From Zancudomyces culisetae HAW-14-8 (lineage: Eukaryota; Fungi; Kickxellomycota): a stretch of DNA of 64,000 bases. A program made the translations under genes and the position numbers. The stretch lies in the NCBI GenBank assembly GCA_052426225.1, contig JBNJNM010000013.1, positions 1,922,001 to 1,986,000 on the forward strand. Reading direction: 5' to 3'. The notes beneath the pieces are model-generated. The model was not told the DNA's origin. It worked only from the letters and a program-made list of their open reading frames with translations, and searched no databases. This document shows, in pieces, positions 44,765 through 57,103 of this stretch (positions are counted from its first letter, which is position 1; every line of letters starts with the position of its first letter).

Positions 44765-47700
44765 TGTGTGTGAAATGCAAGTAAGTTTTAAGCTATGCCT
44801 TGAGGATTTCTATTCAGAAAAGGTGCACAAATGAGTAGGTTTTTGAGTTTAACATAGAGATTTATATTTAGTACCATTTCAGGTACATCTCAAACAGAGG
44901 TAGATATAGTCCACTGATGAAGTGTGAAAAATAAAATAAACCTTAAACTGAATTTTCAGACCAGAAGTATGGCTAGCAGAGTGGGTAAACAAGAATTCAT
45001 CAAAGTCTTTACAAAAACAAAAAGAGGTGGATGGGAGGGGTTTACATTTATTATTTTTGTAGTGATGAGAAAGGTAAAGCAGGTGGGGCTGAATATAAGA
45101 ATTGTTTATTTTGGTCATCGCAAATATAGATGGTACCAAGATCCCTTTGATTTAGTGCTGGTACCGTATACTTTGAGCATTCATTCGTTTTGTACAAAGG
45201 GATCATTTTAACCTTTCCCAAGCAAATGAAAGTTGGTGTTGCAAAATATAAAGAAAAGGTCAGCAGACAAAAGTGCTAGTAGAATAACAATTTGATCTTA
45301 AATGTAAATGTGTGGCCAATTGAAGCAGGGATACAAGGAACATGAAAATTAAAACATGTGTTCCAAAATAAGGAATTCCAGAGTTTTTAGTAGTAGCAAA
45401 GAAACACATGAATTTGAAAATTATGTCACTTTTACAGAACAAATCAGAGATTCAAGAAGTTTGCATAGGCGAGCTTTTAAAAATGAGGAAAGAAGGAAAG
45501 AAGGAAAGTGTGTATGTATCTGTATGAAATAGTGAGCAACGATATATTCATACCGAAGTAGTTTGGTTATAATGGCAAGGTGTCATACCCACCTTGTCCC
45601 CCCCCCCCCCAATTTATTCTAAACTCCAAAACGCAAAAACACTTTTGAGCTCCGTGTTCTAATATCTTAATTATTGCACTACCTAAAAAAATCAAAAACA
45701 CATGTGTTTATCACAGTTGGATGCTATTTAAAGGATCGGGGACGTTGAGTATTGGTATGAAATCCAAACATTTATGGTACTGATGTCAAATAAAAGTGTC
45801 TAATTGGCTAGCGAAAGCCGATAAAGGATGGAAAAAACAAGGAATTTGGTGTAAAGGCTAAGCAAAAAAGAGCGAGAAAAAAAGGATGGAAGAGGGCAGG
45901 CAGAGGGAGTTGGAGGGGGGGAGGTAGGTGTTATTGAAATAATAAAGTGATTGAACCAAGATGTGTTTTATGTTGTATAAAACCTGGATATTTACGTAAT
46001 ATAATCTATAAATGTTTCTATAAAGATTTTACAATGCCTATTTGCACAAATTTGTAAAAAGATCGCAAATGAATGCACCAATAAAAAATACTCACACAGG
46101 ACTACCCCCTCGATTTTCCAAAACGAAAAATTATAAATAGTGTAAACCACTAACTAGGACGAAAAAAAGATTAAAAGGTGCATGCAGCAATCAACAGACA
46201 AAATAGCCAGACAAAAAAAGGTTGGGAGGTTGGGGATGATAGGTTAAAGCAATATATTTCCGCTTTATGCGTTGGCATTGTTGGGTTGATACTTATTAGT
46301 ATTATTTTGAGTGCAGCACAAAAAGGAAAAAATATTGAAAATTAAAAAATATTGAAATTAAGAGCGCATGTAGTTCAGATGAACAATAATATAACTCTTT
46401 AAATCAAAGAAGGGGTGAAACTGAAACTAATGAGCCAAAATGAAACCTGATGATATAGAGTGTTATGGATACCCAAAGTTTAATGTATGATAGGCTTGTG
46501 GGCTACACAAAAAACAAGATTATAGCATTAATCACCCAAAACCAATTCGCAAGCTGGTTTTAGCTAGATTACAGAGATAAAAAGAAAGAAAAAAACCGGC
46601 AGATATGGCGGCAAAATGATTGTTATCTTTTCTTTGTTATGTTTTTCTACTTTTGTTTTTAGTGGTGGATCAAGGCCCATAGATGTTCTATTAAGTAAGG
46701 GAAAAAAAGAGAACAAAAGCTCGGGTTTCGGAAATGTGCAATTCTAAATCAGCTGTAAGTACAAGAAATGTGAAAAACACTAGACGCTGAAAAGTGCATT
46801 TATGCTGGGGATTGAGCAAATGGAATAAATGCATTTGTACTGAAGGAGGGGGGGATTATGAAAATGAGATGGGTTTAGTTTTAAGAATGTGAATTTATCA
46901 TCCGAGTTTATTGTTTTACTTTCTTTAGATTTTATTCGCCAATTATATTCTGATGGTTTGAAAAATGGCCAGATTATATCGATTGTAGGTCATTTTATAA
47001 ATTTATTTAATAAAAGTTTTATTATAGTGTTGAGATGCAAGGCAATTGGTGAAAAGGAAATAGAAAAAACCACTCGAAACATCAGCCTCATTACATGAAA
47101 AAAGGAAAAAAAAAATTGAATGGTTTAACAGTCAAATAAGCCAATATCTCGGGGGTAAATAACAATCACACTCTACAGATTGAGGTAAACTATGTGAAAT
47201 GTTTTATTTACGGTTCAAGAAATGAGTGGGTTGCTGGCAAGCCTGGGCAAAACACGAGGTTAAAAATCGTAAGCAAAACTGAATCATTTGAGGTAAAAAA
47301 AATCATGAATTCATATGACTTTTAGCTAATGCTATTTATAATTGCTTTCACAAAGTGGATTAAAAAAAAATTAAAATTTTAAAAAAAGCAATATCAAAAT
47401 GATGAGTATTGGACAAAAATAAACGACATAGCACTTTTTAACAAATAGGCGTAATGAAAAAAGCCGTAAAACTGTAGCTTAAAAAATAGCAAATAGCAAA
47501 AATATGCTTTCAACGTTTGTACTGGGAATTTTCTTGGTGCTCAAAAAAAAATAGGTTACATGATATTTGAAAAATAAATGTGAAAATTGCATTTAGAACA
47601 ACAAGCCTGTTAACGGTAAAGTCAATAATAAAAAATTAGCTGAGAATGTGATTATTTGAAAAATTAGCAACAAGGCTAGAGAAATACCCACCCATAACGC

Positions 47701-48354
47701 AAGAAATTGGCAGTAAAGTGAGCAAAAAAAGAAAATAAATGAAAAAAGCTGGTACATTTGATGAAAATAAAACATAAAAAAGCACGAGATGTGATATTTT
47801 CAATGTCTTTACATTTGAAGAGAAAATAATCATATGAAAGTGCAAACAATCAAAAAAAAAGAGGGAAAAAAAGAGCAGAAAAATTTTTTTTTCATTAACA
47901 ATGGAGAGTTTACAGGAAAAGAGCAATGTTGTCTAGCAAAGAGTTATTGGAATTTGAGGGTGATGATTAGCTCAAGAAAACGAAAAGCTGAAAAACTGAA
48001 AAATAACAATTTCATATTTTCCACGGATTTAAACAGCTGCTGAAAAAAAGGGGAAATGAGGAATAAAGATAGAAAAAGAGAACATAAAAAAAAGTGCTGC
48101 TGATAATTGCATTTTTTGAGATTATTATTCCTTATTATACTGCTCTTTCTAGTAGAAAAAGATTGAAATATAATAATAACTATACAAGTGATAGCATAGC
48201 ACAACAGAGTTGGTAAACAAATCGATTCAGGTACAAAAGAAAACAACCGAAAGGACTGTAGTGTTATAAAAGCAAAAGACAGATATATGCATATATGTAT
48301 ACTGTTTGTATTTTTACAAGAACATAAAAAAAATAATAAAGGAAATACAAAGAA

Positions 48355-50085
48355 ATGTATAGTGGACTGAAACGAAGGATTTCAGGAACTTTAAGAGACG
48401 AAAACATAAGCGACAGAATGCAGCAATATACAAATAAAAATACACAGGATATGGATATAGGAGAGGTCATGGAGGCGGAAATAAGAGCAACTGATGCTGA
48501 GACAGCCATCTCGGAAGAAGAGGAGCAAATGCTGGTTGCAGAGGCACTGGGTAGTTTGAAAGGGCGTGGTAGCAGCAACAGTAGCAGCAACAGCAACGAA
48601 GAAATGGATGATTTTAATGGCTGTATTAATATTAACGATGATAGCGAATACACACGCGGTAGCAGTAATAGTAATTATATAGAAAATGAAAATAATAATG
48701 GCGGTGGATTTATTCAAAGGGTAGCAGAGATACCAATGGTAAATGCAGCGCTGAATATATATGACCGAAGCAAGCAAAGCTCAACACTAATGAGATATGG
48801 CGCAGGAGCGATAGAGTCGGGAGTTAGGACGATGTGCAATCCAATAGTGCGGCGGTTAGATGTGAAACAAATAGACGATTTTGCATGTAAACAGCTGGAC
48901 AGGCTGCACACGAAGAGGTCGTTCAGCAAAAGAGAGCTTGCAAAAAATAAACAGCAACAGCAACAAAATGGAAAAGCACGTGCTTGGGGAGAGATGGACA
49001 GCCCAATGGATGAAGAGGAAGGGATGGGGATGGGCATAGGGATGGGGATGAGCATGGAGATAGATCGAGAAGCAGAAATGTTCAGGAGTAGGAGTGGTCA
49101 AGAGTTGGATAGAAACGAAACAGTTGATGCAAGAATCAATGACGACGAGATGATGCACGAAACCAAGCGAGGCGAAGATGGAACAAAAGAAGGAGGAAAA
49201 AAGTCGATGTTTAATACGTGGAAGCAACTAAAAGAAAGCGCACGGATTCAGGCAGCAACGTTTCACAAAAACGCACTCAAACGTATCAACTATTGTCTAG
49301 AATGGCTGCAGTACGCAATAGAAACTCTGGAACAGACCGCTGGCGACGTTCAGACACTGATAGACTGTCTGCGCAAAATGATTGAAGCGGCATTTCAGGG
49401 TAGTTTTGGCGAAAACAAGAACCAAGTCAGCGCTGTATTGTACAAATGTGTTAAAGAAATTCAAGCCAAGCTGGTTGATGCACACCGCGAAGTCATCAAA
49501 ACTGTGCGTGCTGTTATAAAAACTCTGAGTCAGTATGCCGGCGCTGTTCTTCCTGCAGAAACCCGCAACCATGTCCGCTCATTGATTCTGGCGCTGCCCA
49601 GACGCTGGGATGCTGTCAACAGCGAGTTCAGCCAGACCAGCTCTATTGGCTCTGCCTCTGCTGCTGCCTCGCCCGTTCTTGGCAGTGATTTTGCTCGCCC
49701 CTCTGACCATGAAAACGTCATTGTATGTATTGAAAATGATGCAAAGAAGCTTGTTGCCTTTGCTACTGAGTCTGCTACCGTTCTCAACCACATACACTCT
49801 GTCTTTTACTCTATATACTCTAACGCTGAGCTCTGGCTTGCTCCACAACACTCTACAAATGCTTCTACAATCTCTGTCGATCAACCCTCCTCTCCTTCTG
49901 ACTCTCGTCCATATCTTCCTCCAATTTCAAAGGTTCTAGCAACCACAACCTCCCCCTTAAACCCTAACAAACTGCCATCCATTTCCCAAACTTTTACGCT
50001 TCCCTCCAATAATCCCAACCCACAAAACGACAGCGATAACAGCAATTTCAACTTGCCTCCTCTACTACACCACCACAACTCTTAA
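48355..50085 (+). CDS. OPI1: Opi1-family transcriptional regulator
   Basis: AEALGSL, FIQRVAEIPMVN..YDRSK..MRYGA..IES, DDFACKQLDRL, INYCLEWLQYA, SQYAGAVLP..RNHVRSLILALPRRW. Confidence 0.88.
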   Translation: MYSGLKRRISGTLRDENISDRMQQYTNKNTQDMDIGEVMEAEIRATDAETAISEEEEQMLVAEALGSLKGRGSSNSSSNSNEEMDDFNGCININDDSEYTRGSSNSNYIENENNNGGGFIQRVAEIPMVNAALNIYDRSKQSSTLMRYGAGAIESGVRTMCNPIVRRLDVKQIDDFACKQLDRLHTKRSFSKRELAKNKQQQQQNGKARAWGEMDSPMDEEEGMGMGIGMGMSMEIDREAEMFRSRSGQELDRNETVDARINDDEMMHETKRGEDGTKEGGKKSMFNTWKQLKESARIQAATFHKNALKRINYCLEWLQYAIETLEQTAGDVQTLIDCLRKMIEAAFQGSFGENKNQVSAVLYKCVKEIQAKLVDAHREVIKTVRAVIKTLSQYAGAVLPAETRNHVRSLILALPRRWDAVNSEFSQTSSIGSASAAASPVLGSDFARPSDHENVIVCIENDAKKLVAFATESATVLNHIHSVFYSIYSNAELWLAPQHSTNASTISVDQPSSPSDSRPYLPPISKVLATTTSPLNPNKLPSISQTFTLPSNNPNPQNDSDNSNFNLPPLLHHHNS

Positions 50086-50837
50086 TAACTACTCTTTATT
50101 TCATCTCTCCTTTTTTCTTACTTTTATTTTATTGGCATTATGTTTTTGCTTTAGATTTTAGTTTATTTATTAGCTTATTCAAATATTTTACACTTTTCTC
50201 ACATTCTTCTTTTTAACAACTGGTATATATTCATCCTTTTCGTTAATTTTATCCCTTACCAGCGTTTTGGTTGGGCTTTTAGAGCATTTGTACATAATAA
50301 TCAACTATTTTCCTTTCCTTTCCTTTCACCATAAAATGTCTATTTTCGACTATATTTTGTCCTCAGTGTACATTCAAATGATGTAGTGTGGTATGGATCA
50401 CATGAGTCTCTAGTGATAACCTGCTTCTATTTTCTCTTTTCTCTTTTCTCCCACCCTCCTTTCCCTCACCTGCCTTTAATTTTTTTTCTTTTAATTTAAT
50501 TTCTAAATTTCCACCAAGGAATTGTTCATTTGTTTGGTCATTCCGCTATTCTCAAAATACAACCTGAAAGAAATACGAATAGTATTAGACCATTTGAAAC
50601 TCAAATAGAGCTATTTTTATTATTATTTCAGTCCTTTATAATTCCTTGCGTATAAACATATTAAAAAGAGTATTAGACAACCTAGCAATGTTTTAGCCGA
50701 ATAATTGTATACCATAGTTGTACTCGTAGTAACTTAGAAATAGCAAAACTAAATCTCTACACATTTGTAATATAGATAATATTTTTTTTTAAAAACAAAA
50801 AAAAATACGCGACGCTAGACGAAAAGACTTGTGAAAA

Positions 50838-53800
50838 ATGTATAGCCTTGCGCCAAGAACAAAAAACCAAAGGGTTCTAACCCTATTGACATTTATTTTT
50901 GTGTTGGCAGTGTTGGTGGTATATACACTAGGTTTTGATTTTGGCTTACGTAGTAAAAGTATATCCCTTTCAAGTCACAAAAAACTCGAGAAAGGGAACA
51001 AAGATCCAGCTTACCTGCAACAGCAAAGAGTGCTATATAACACGGAATACAAAGCCAAGGAAAACAATGTTGATTACATTCCAGGAAGAACGACAATAAT
51101 AGACGCATTGTCCCTAGAGCCACGGTTTTCAAAGTTCCTCAAGTATTTGCAACGGCTGAATCTGATCATAGAGTTAAACAATATGGACAACATTACAGTT
51201 TTGGCCCCTACAAACAACGCGCTCGATGAATATGAAAAGGAGAGAGGCGCCAATAAAGAACAAAAAGAGTTAGAGATTCTAAGTGGGGAATCAGAGGAGC
51301 GAGAGAGGCTTGATACTCTCGAACGTACATATCAAGGAATGACAAGAGAAAGAGTCTTGCTTCATGTTATCCGCGATGGGCGTTTTGGAATAGATAGTTG
51401 GATAGATGGGATGGTATGGGAAAGCTACTCTGGATGGAGAAAAACAAATAATCATACAGAGCGAGAAGGCGTGATGCTCAAGTCTCGTGTTTCTCGTGGA
51501 GGGAAGGTACTGGTTGGGGGCATCGAGATAGAGGATGGAGAGCTACACTGTTCAGCAGGTGTTGTGCAGACTCTTGGTGGGGTGTTAAATTTTCCTCCGA
51601 CTCTGGAAGAGCTTGTTCTTCAAAACTATCACCTAGGAATAAATAGGAAGGGCTATAAACATAAAGTTGTGGAGCAAACAAAAAATAGCTATAATTCGTA
51701 TCTGGACCTAATAAAGGCAACAGGCTGGTACGAGGAAATAATAGGTAGTAAAGATCGAAACTTCAACAATATTCAGGAAGGGAGAGAAAAAGGCCGAAGA
51801 TACACTCTCTGGCTACCGCACGAAGCCGACCTTGTTGAGCAGTTTAGCAGAGCGCAGTGGAATTACCTAGTTGGTGCGGGAAAGGCAGCAATCAGTGAAA
51901 AAAAAAAGGTGATAGCAAGAAGAGATGCTAGACGGATTGCCAGATGGACTGTAACATCGGGAAGTATTAGCCTTGCACGACTTGGACAAGGAGTTCACAG
52001 AGTAAATATACTGGGAATTGATAAGCCGGTTTCTGACGATTATTTAGAGGTAAATGTAACCTCGAGCTATACAGAGCAAAATGAAGGCAGAGGAAACGAG
52101 GTGCAAGGAGTGCCAGTTGAAAGAGAGGATTTGGTTGCAGTTGATGGAATTGCGCATTTTTTAGGCAAAGCCAAAGAAACTGATAAATACAAAAAAGAGA
52201 TATTGACAGGAGGTATTGAGTGGACACCAGAAAAGGGGCTTATTGGGTTAAATGCAACCAAGTTTATTGAAATGGTAGAGTCAGTTGGTTTGGCTAAATA
52301 TATCAATGGTGAGATGAAAAACGAAAAAATGACAATACTGGTACCAACAAATGAAGCAATAGATGAGTGGTACAATAACAACGAGATCAACAAAGCAAAC
52401 ATGATGGGCAATAATGCCACAGAATCTGTCCGAGAGTTTGTATTATACCATATGATTCATGGCAGCCAGTACACCAAAGAGACACTATCGGATGGTCAGC
52501 TGCTACGGACTGAGTTGGAAACTGCCAAATTGAAGCAGCAAAAACAAGTGATAAAGGTAGGAAAAAGTACAGATGACAAAGTCAAAGGCTTATCGCTTCA
52601 TCAACAGCGCTCCTTACCACAAAAGAGCTGGATTACATTTAATGGAGTCGCACCTGAATTCAACGGGTTGGGATTAGACGTTACGCCAAACTGTACTGTC
52701 TACTTGCTAAAAGCAGCTCTAACTCCTCCTGGACCTATGATTTTATCAATGGTACGGTCGTTATCTCACTCACTGTTTGCGGCAGTGGTCGGTGCATCTG
52801 GAACGTACGATGAGATTCTGTATAAAGGTACAAACCAGACTGCAATTATTCCCTCAAACGATGCATTTTTCCAGCTGGGTTTGGCCTATTCCTATCTATC
52901 TCTGGAGAATGATAAAGAGGCAATGTCAGACTTGGCAAGACTGGTGAGGGGTCATGTGATCAATCGAGTTGTATACAGCGATGAGTTTGATATCACTGGC
53001 CAAAGTTGTGCTTCTAAAGACAAAAATTCTACTATCATTCAAGTACAAACGCTAAATGGAACACCTTTATGGCTTACTCGTGACTCTGACTGTGCCATTT
53101 ATCTAAGCGTCATCAATCCCTTTCTTCCAAACAACAACATAAAAGACATTTTTACTTATAAAATTAGCACCAAAGATGTTTTGTTTGATGGTGGTTGTCT
53201 ACACTTGTTGGAATCTGCGACTTCACACCCAAGCTCTGTCTCCTGCACATTTGATTTTAACTCTTCTTCGGATTCTGATGTTTCTGGGCTGTTGATTCCT
53301 CCTAACCTTGTTATTTCTCCAAAAAAACTATTAAGGGGAATGCCCAACAGCAGCCTGGCATTTAGATCATTACTCTCCCATTTGAATCTTACCTTTGTAT
53401 TGGAGGACAATCAAGATGTATCCGAACAGCAACACTATTCGCTATTGGTTCCCAATGATAGGGCTTGGTCAACTCTACCCGCTTATAGGGAATTCCAAAG
53501 AAGATATTCCTCTCCAAATAGCCATGCCAGTGGTAGTGGTGACAATGAGATTGATAACCCTTGGAGAAATAAAACCAATTCCCAGCTAGATTCATATCTA
53601 CTCCGTATGGTCAAATATCACATTTTATTATCCAGCAAAAACGCTGATAAAAATCAAAACTCTCACGACAAACCTTCATCCTTTGCCACAACGAACATCC
53701 CAACCCTACTAGACGGAACCTTTGTCAAACAGATAATCTATCCAAACAACCGTCTAGCATTTCAGCCCATTGATGAAGATATCTCCGGTGGCGGAAGCGG

Positions 53801-54188
53801 AGGTAGAGGTGGGAAGAATGGGGACATCAACAATCCATACCTTCCTCCCTATCTTCCAAGCCACTCTTTTGTGCTTAATGCTGGAAAAATCATCAATTTT
53901 TACCATCATCAACAAGACAACAGTAGCGACTTTGGCAATATCAATGGTAACAGTCAACCCAGTGAGAGTTTTGTCTTTGAGTTGGACTCATTCCTAGTTC
54001 CTCCGCTATATGATTCAAATAACCGGCCACCTCAATCCGGGTTTTTGTATTATGCATCCACTGTCCTTGTTGTCTTTTTCATTCTGGGACTAAGTGGCGG
54101 GATGTTTGGTTTGATTGTCTTGTGGGTACATGCCATAAGGACAACATATGCTGGAACTGAACACACTTATCACCAGATTGAGCAATAG
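50838..54188 (+). CDS. Multi-fasciclin (FAS1) domain membrane protein
   Basis: Repeated FAS1 H1 motifs (TVLAPTNNA, TLWLPHEA, TILVPTNEA, TAIIPSNDAF, SLLVPNDRAW), YH/HV motifs, H2 motifs (GVVQTL, GIAHFL, GCLHLL); hydrophobic segments at both termini. Confidence 0.9.
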   Translation: MYSLAPRTKNQRVLTLLTFIFVLAVLVVYTLGFDFGLRSKSISLSSHKKLEKGNKDPAYLQQQRVLYNTEYKAKENNVDYIPGRTTIIDALSLEPRFSKFLKYLQRLNLIIELNNMDNITVLAPTNNALDEYEKERGANKEQKELEILSGESEERERLDTLERTYQGMTRERVLLHVIRDGRFGIDSWIDGMVWESYSGWRKTNNHTEREGVMLKSRVSRGGKVLVGGIEIEDGELHCSAGVVQTLGGVLNFPPTLEELVLQNYHLGINRKGYKHKVVEQTKNSYNSYLDLIKATGWYEEIIGSKDRNFNNIQEGREKGRRYTLWLPHEADLVEQFSRAQWNYLVGAGKAAISEKKKVIARRDARRIARWTVTSGSISLARLGQGVHRVNILGIDKPVSDDYLEVNVTSSYTEQNEGRGNEVQGVPVEREDLVAVDGIAHFLGKAKETDKYKKEILTGGIEWTPEKGLIGLNATKFIEMVESVGLAKYINGEMKNEKMTILVPTNEAIDEWYNNNEINKANMMGNNATESVREFVLYHMIHGSQYTKETLSDGQLLRTELETAKLKQQKQVIKVGKSTDDKVKGLSLHQQRSLPQKSWITFNGVAPEFNGLGLDVTPNCTVYLLKAALTPPGPMILSMVRSLSHSLFAAVVGASGTYDEILYKGTNQTAIIPSNDAFFQLGLAYSYLSLENDKEAMSDLARLVRGHVINRVVYSDEFDITGQSCASKDKNSTIIQVQTLNGTPLWLTRDSDCAIYLSVINPFLPNNNIKDIFTYKISTKDVLFDGGCLHLLESATSHPSSVSCTFDFNSSSDSDVSGLLIPPNLVISPKKLLRGMPNSSLAFRSLLSHLNLTFVLEDNQDVSEQQHYSLLVPNDRAWSTLPAYREFQRRYSSPNSHASGSGDNEIDNPWRNKTNSQLDSYLLRMVKYHILLSSKNADKNQNSHDKPSSFATTNIPTLLDGTFVKQIIYPNNRLAFQPIDEDISGGGSGGRGGKNGDINNPYLPPYLPSHSFVLNAGKIINFYHHQQDNSSDFGNINGNSQPSESFVFELDSFLVPPLYDSNNRPPQSGFLYYASTVLVVFFILGLSGGMFGLIVLWVHAIRTTYAGTEHTYHQIEQ

Positions 54189-54698
54189 TAGCTAACCCTT
54201 ATTAATGCTAGCCTTTTTCTCTTTCTCTTTTTCTTTGCTTTTGTGACCATATTGTAGAAATATACTTGCTTTTAGTTTTTTTTTTATCAGTTTTAGTGTG
54301 TTGCGGACATTTATTTTGTTTTTTCTGGCTCGCTTCAGTATTAACTGATAACGTTTTTATCAGCCAATAACCCAGGAATTTATTTTTAAAAAAACCCAAA
54401 TATTCGTGAAATACAAATCACTAAATCCCCCTCCGCCTCTGAGGGGCATCATCCTTCACCCGCTTCTTTTTCCTCAAAAATAAGAGCCTTGAGGAGATTC
54501 AAAAAAAAAAAACACTGTCCAATATACTTGTTAAAATTATCAAAAAACCATAAATCTCTCCATATCAAGGACTTGCTATTTGGGTTAATTTTTTTTTCTC
54601 AACTCTGAAAATTCGCTCATCACTTGCTCCACATCTAATCGCTTTTATTCTTTGAAGCCAGGCTATTCTTGCTATCAAATCTACGACATTTCGACAAA

Positions 54699-55585
54699 AT
54701 GATGAAAAACGCCATATCTAGATCTTCTCTCAGAAACTTGCTCGTTACAAACAACAGGCTGATCGTCAATCCAATCATCAAGAATACTGGAATCTGCCCG
54801 TTTTCTACGGTGCCACGTCTCCAGCAATCACCCTCAGCAATAGGTGATAACACTTTGATTGAGAAGAAGGCCAAAAGACCTGTTGGTGGATTCCGAGGAG
54901 GGTAATTGTACTTTCTACTACTTTTTGATGTGAACCACTATGAATATTATTATTATTTCTCTTCAATAGGGTATGAATGGGGGGTGGGAGGAGAGGGAAT
55001 TGAAGAAAAAAAACAAAATTAAAACTAGATTTAATTGATGAAATAGAATATTTGGGTTTTTCCTAGGTGCATCATTAGCTAGTGCATATGGATTCTACTA
55101 CCTCATTGAAGAATACCAGAAATCCTCGACTTTGGTGTTGAATTCGATAAGTGATTTGGAAAAGACTGGATTAACAGTAAGTCAGGAGGATAAGGGATTA
55201 TCCTCAATTCTTCAATTCTCACTCTATCAAGTTTGTTTGTTTGTTTGTTTTTCTTTTGCTACTTGTGCTGAGCTTGTCTTGGATATATTTATGATTAACT
55301 GGTTGAAATTTTTTATCCAAAAAGGTCCGAGATTACATCAAGAGGGTCGACGTTTTGCAGAATGAGCTAAACGAACTCAAGTCAAAAGTGGCGTATTACG
55401 AACAAGTAGAAGAGGTGAAGGCGCTCTGCAGATCACATTTAAATATCGGGATGAAACAAATTAATGACTTGAGGAATGATTTGAGCCGTATTGAAATGAT
55501 TTCCAACGATTTGGTGCCAGTAGGTAGTGTTAAACCTGATAGTGTGGAGGAGGAGGAGTTTATTATAGTGTCTGCTGACAAATAG
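54699..55585 (+). CDS. Fungal single-pass protein of unknown function, probably mitochondrial; exons 54699-54901, 55047-55176, 55325-55585
   Basis: Arg/Ser-rich presequence-like start; RPVGGFRGG|IFGFFLG...YGFYYLIEEY transmembrane segment; C-terminal coiled coil; two GT-AG introns keep the frame. Confidence 0.8.
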
Positions 55586-57103
55586 ATTAACTTGGGTTTT
55601 TATACTTTGGGCTGATTTTACTTGGTCCTACACTGTTTTAGTTTTTGTTGTTTCCATAATATTATAAAACATGTCTTTTGTCTTGTTTTTTGGGTGGGAG
55701 CAGTGGTTTAAAGTCTCTACCAGTTGCCATCCCAACATGCTATTGATATCTATAAAGTGCAATATACATAAACATATTTAATTGCGAGGGAAGAAAAATG
55801 TGATGGTATCATAAGCCAAAGTATTCAATGTTGCGAATGAGGATGCAAGGTGAAACGGAAAGAGAAATAAATGGTAAAGGGAAGCGGGTTTATGGATATA
55901 TACAGCTAAAGATGTTGGAAACTAAAAATGCCAAGAGATCTTTTCTTTGATACCGCATATTTTTGTCGTGTTGCTGGTCTTTCCTCCCTACAAAGGCAAA
56001 ATCATCTCAAAAAGATATTGATATTCAGAAAACAGAGGACCCTTTGACAATCAAAAAAAAAGCCAAGAGTGTAATGATAAAAAAAAAGATACAATTTCAA
56101 ATACGGAAAGCTCTGAATACAAGGCTGGACATATCTCTAACAGCGCTAACAGGAGAGTGTGTGTGAGTGAGGAACTTGGACAAATAGGAGAATCTACCAA
56201 AGTTCAAACAATGACAGAACACCTGGACATGGCGAGCCCAAGGTTCATGGTTTGCACATAAATACAGCTAACGTTTGGTAAATCAAAGAAGTTAACCAAT
56301 GAATGAATCTTAGCAACATAGGGTACGATTTGAAATATTGAGCACAAGCTAGAGAAAAAAATTTTCTTTTGTTTATTTTGCAGTTTTGCTATTTTTTTTA
56401 TCTTTTTTTTAATTTTATTTTAGAGAGCACGGAGTTTTTGGATTGAGCTAGACGTTGTCTCGCATTTGAATCGACATTTTGAAACAATAATTGCAAATTA
56501 AGCTGTCAGCATTACTATTTGTTGTTGCGCAAATTTGCAGCTATCAGAATTTGAAGTTTTTTTTTTATGGCAAAGACCTTCCAAATTGAATGAAAAGGCA
56601 GGTGAATTCATTTATATTTCCTCAATATAAGGATACATCACCAAAAACAAGGCAATATTATATCAAAATAATACACATCCTCTGTATATATATATATCTA
56701 TATATAGCAGTACGTGTTACGTGGTTTCAATAATAAAGTAGTATCCAGGACCTTGAGGGGGGAGAGGGAGAGATATATATGTAATATTTGTTTATTCTGC
56801 ATTCTTTTACCCAAGCTTTTTTAACCTCACACATTTCATAATTCTCAAAAAAAAGGTCGGATTTCAAACGCAGAGTTGATACAGCCAGAATCTACTGGTT
56901 TATTTGATAAATATAAGCTGATACGGCATGAAAAAGAGTATTTTAAGGTTACAGTTGCGGTATCTAAAGAAAAGCACCTGCCAGGACTAGAGAGGGGAGA
57001 AATTAAAGCACAATTATAAATGAATGCATAAATTTGATAAATTCTTGAAAAGTGTATAGAGAATCAAGCGAGTACAGAAGGATCACAAACCGCCACGAAG
57101 AAA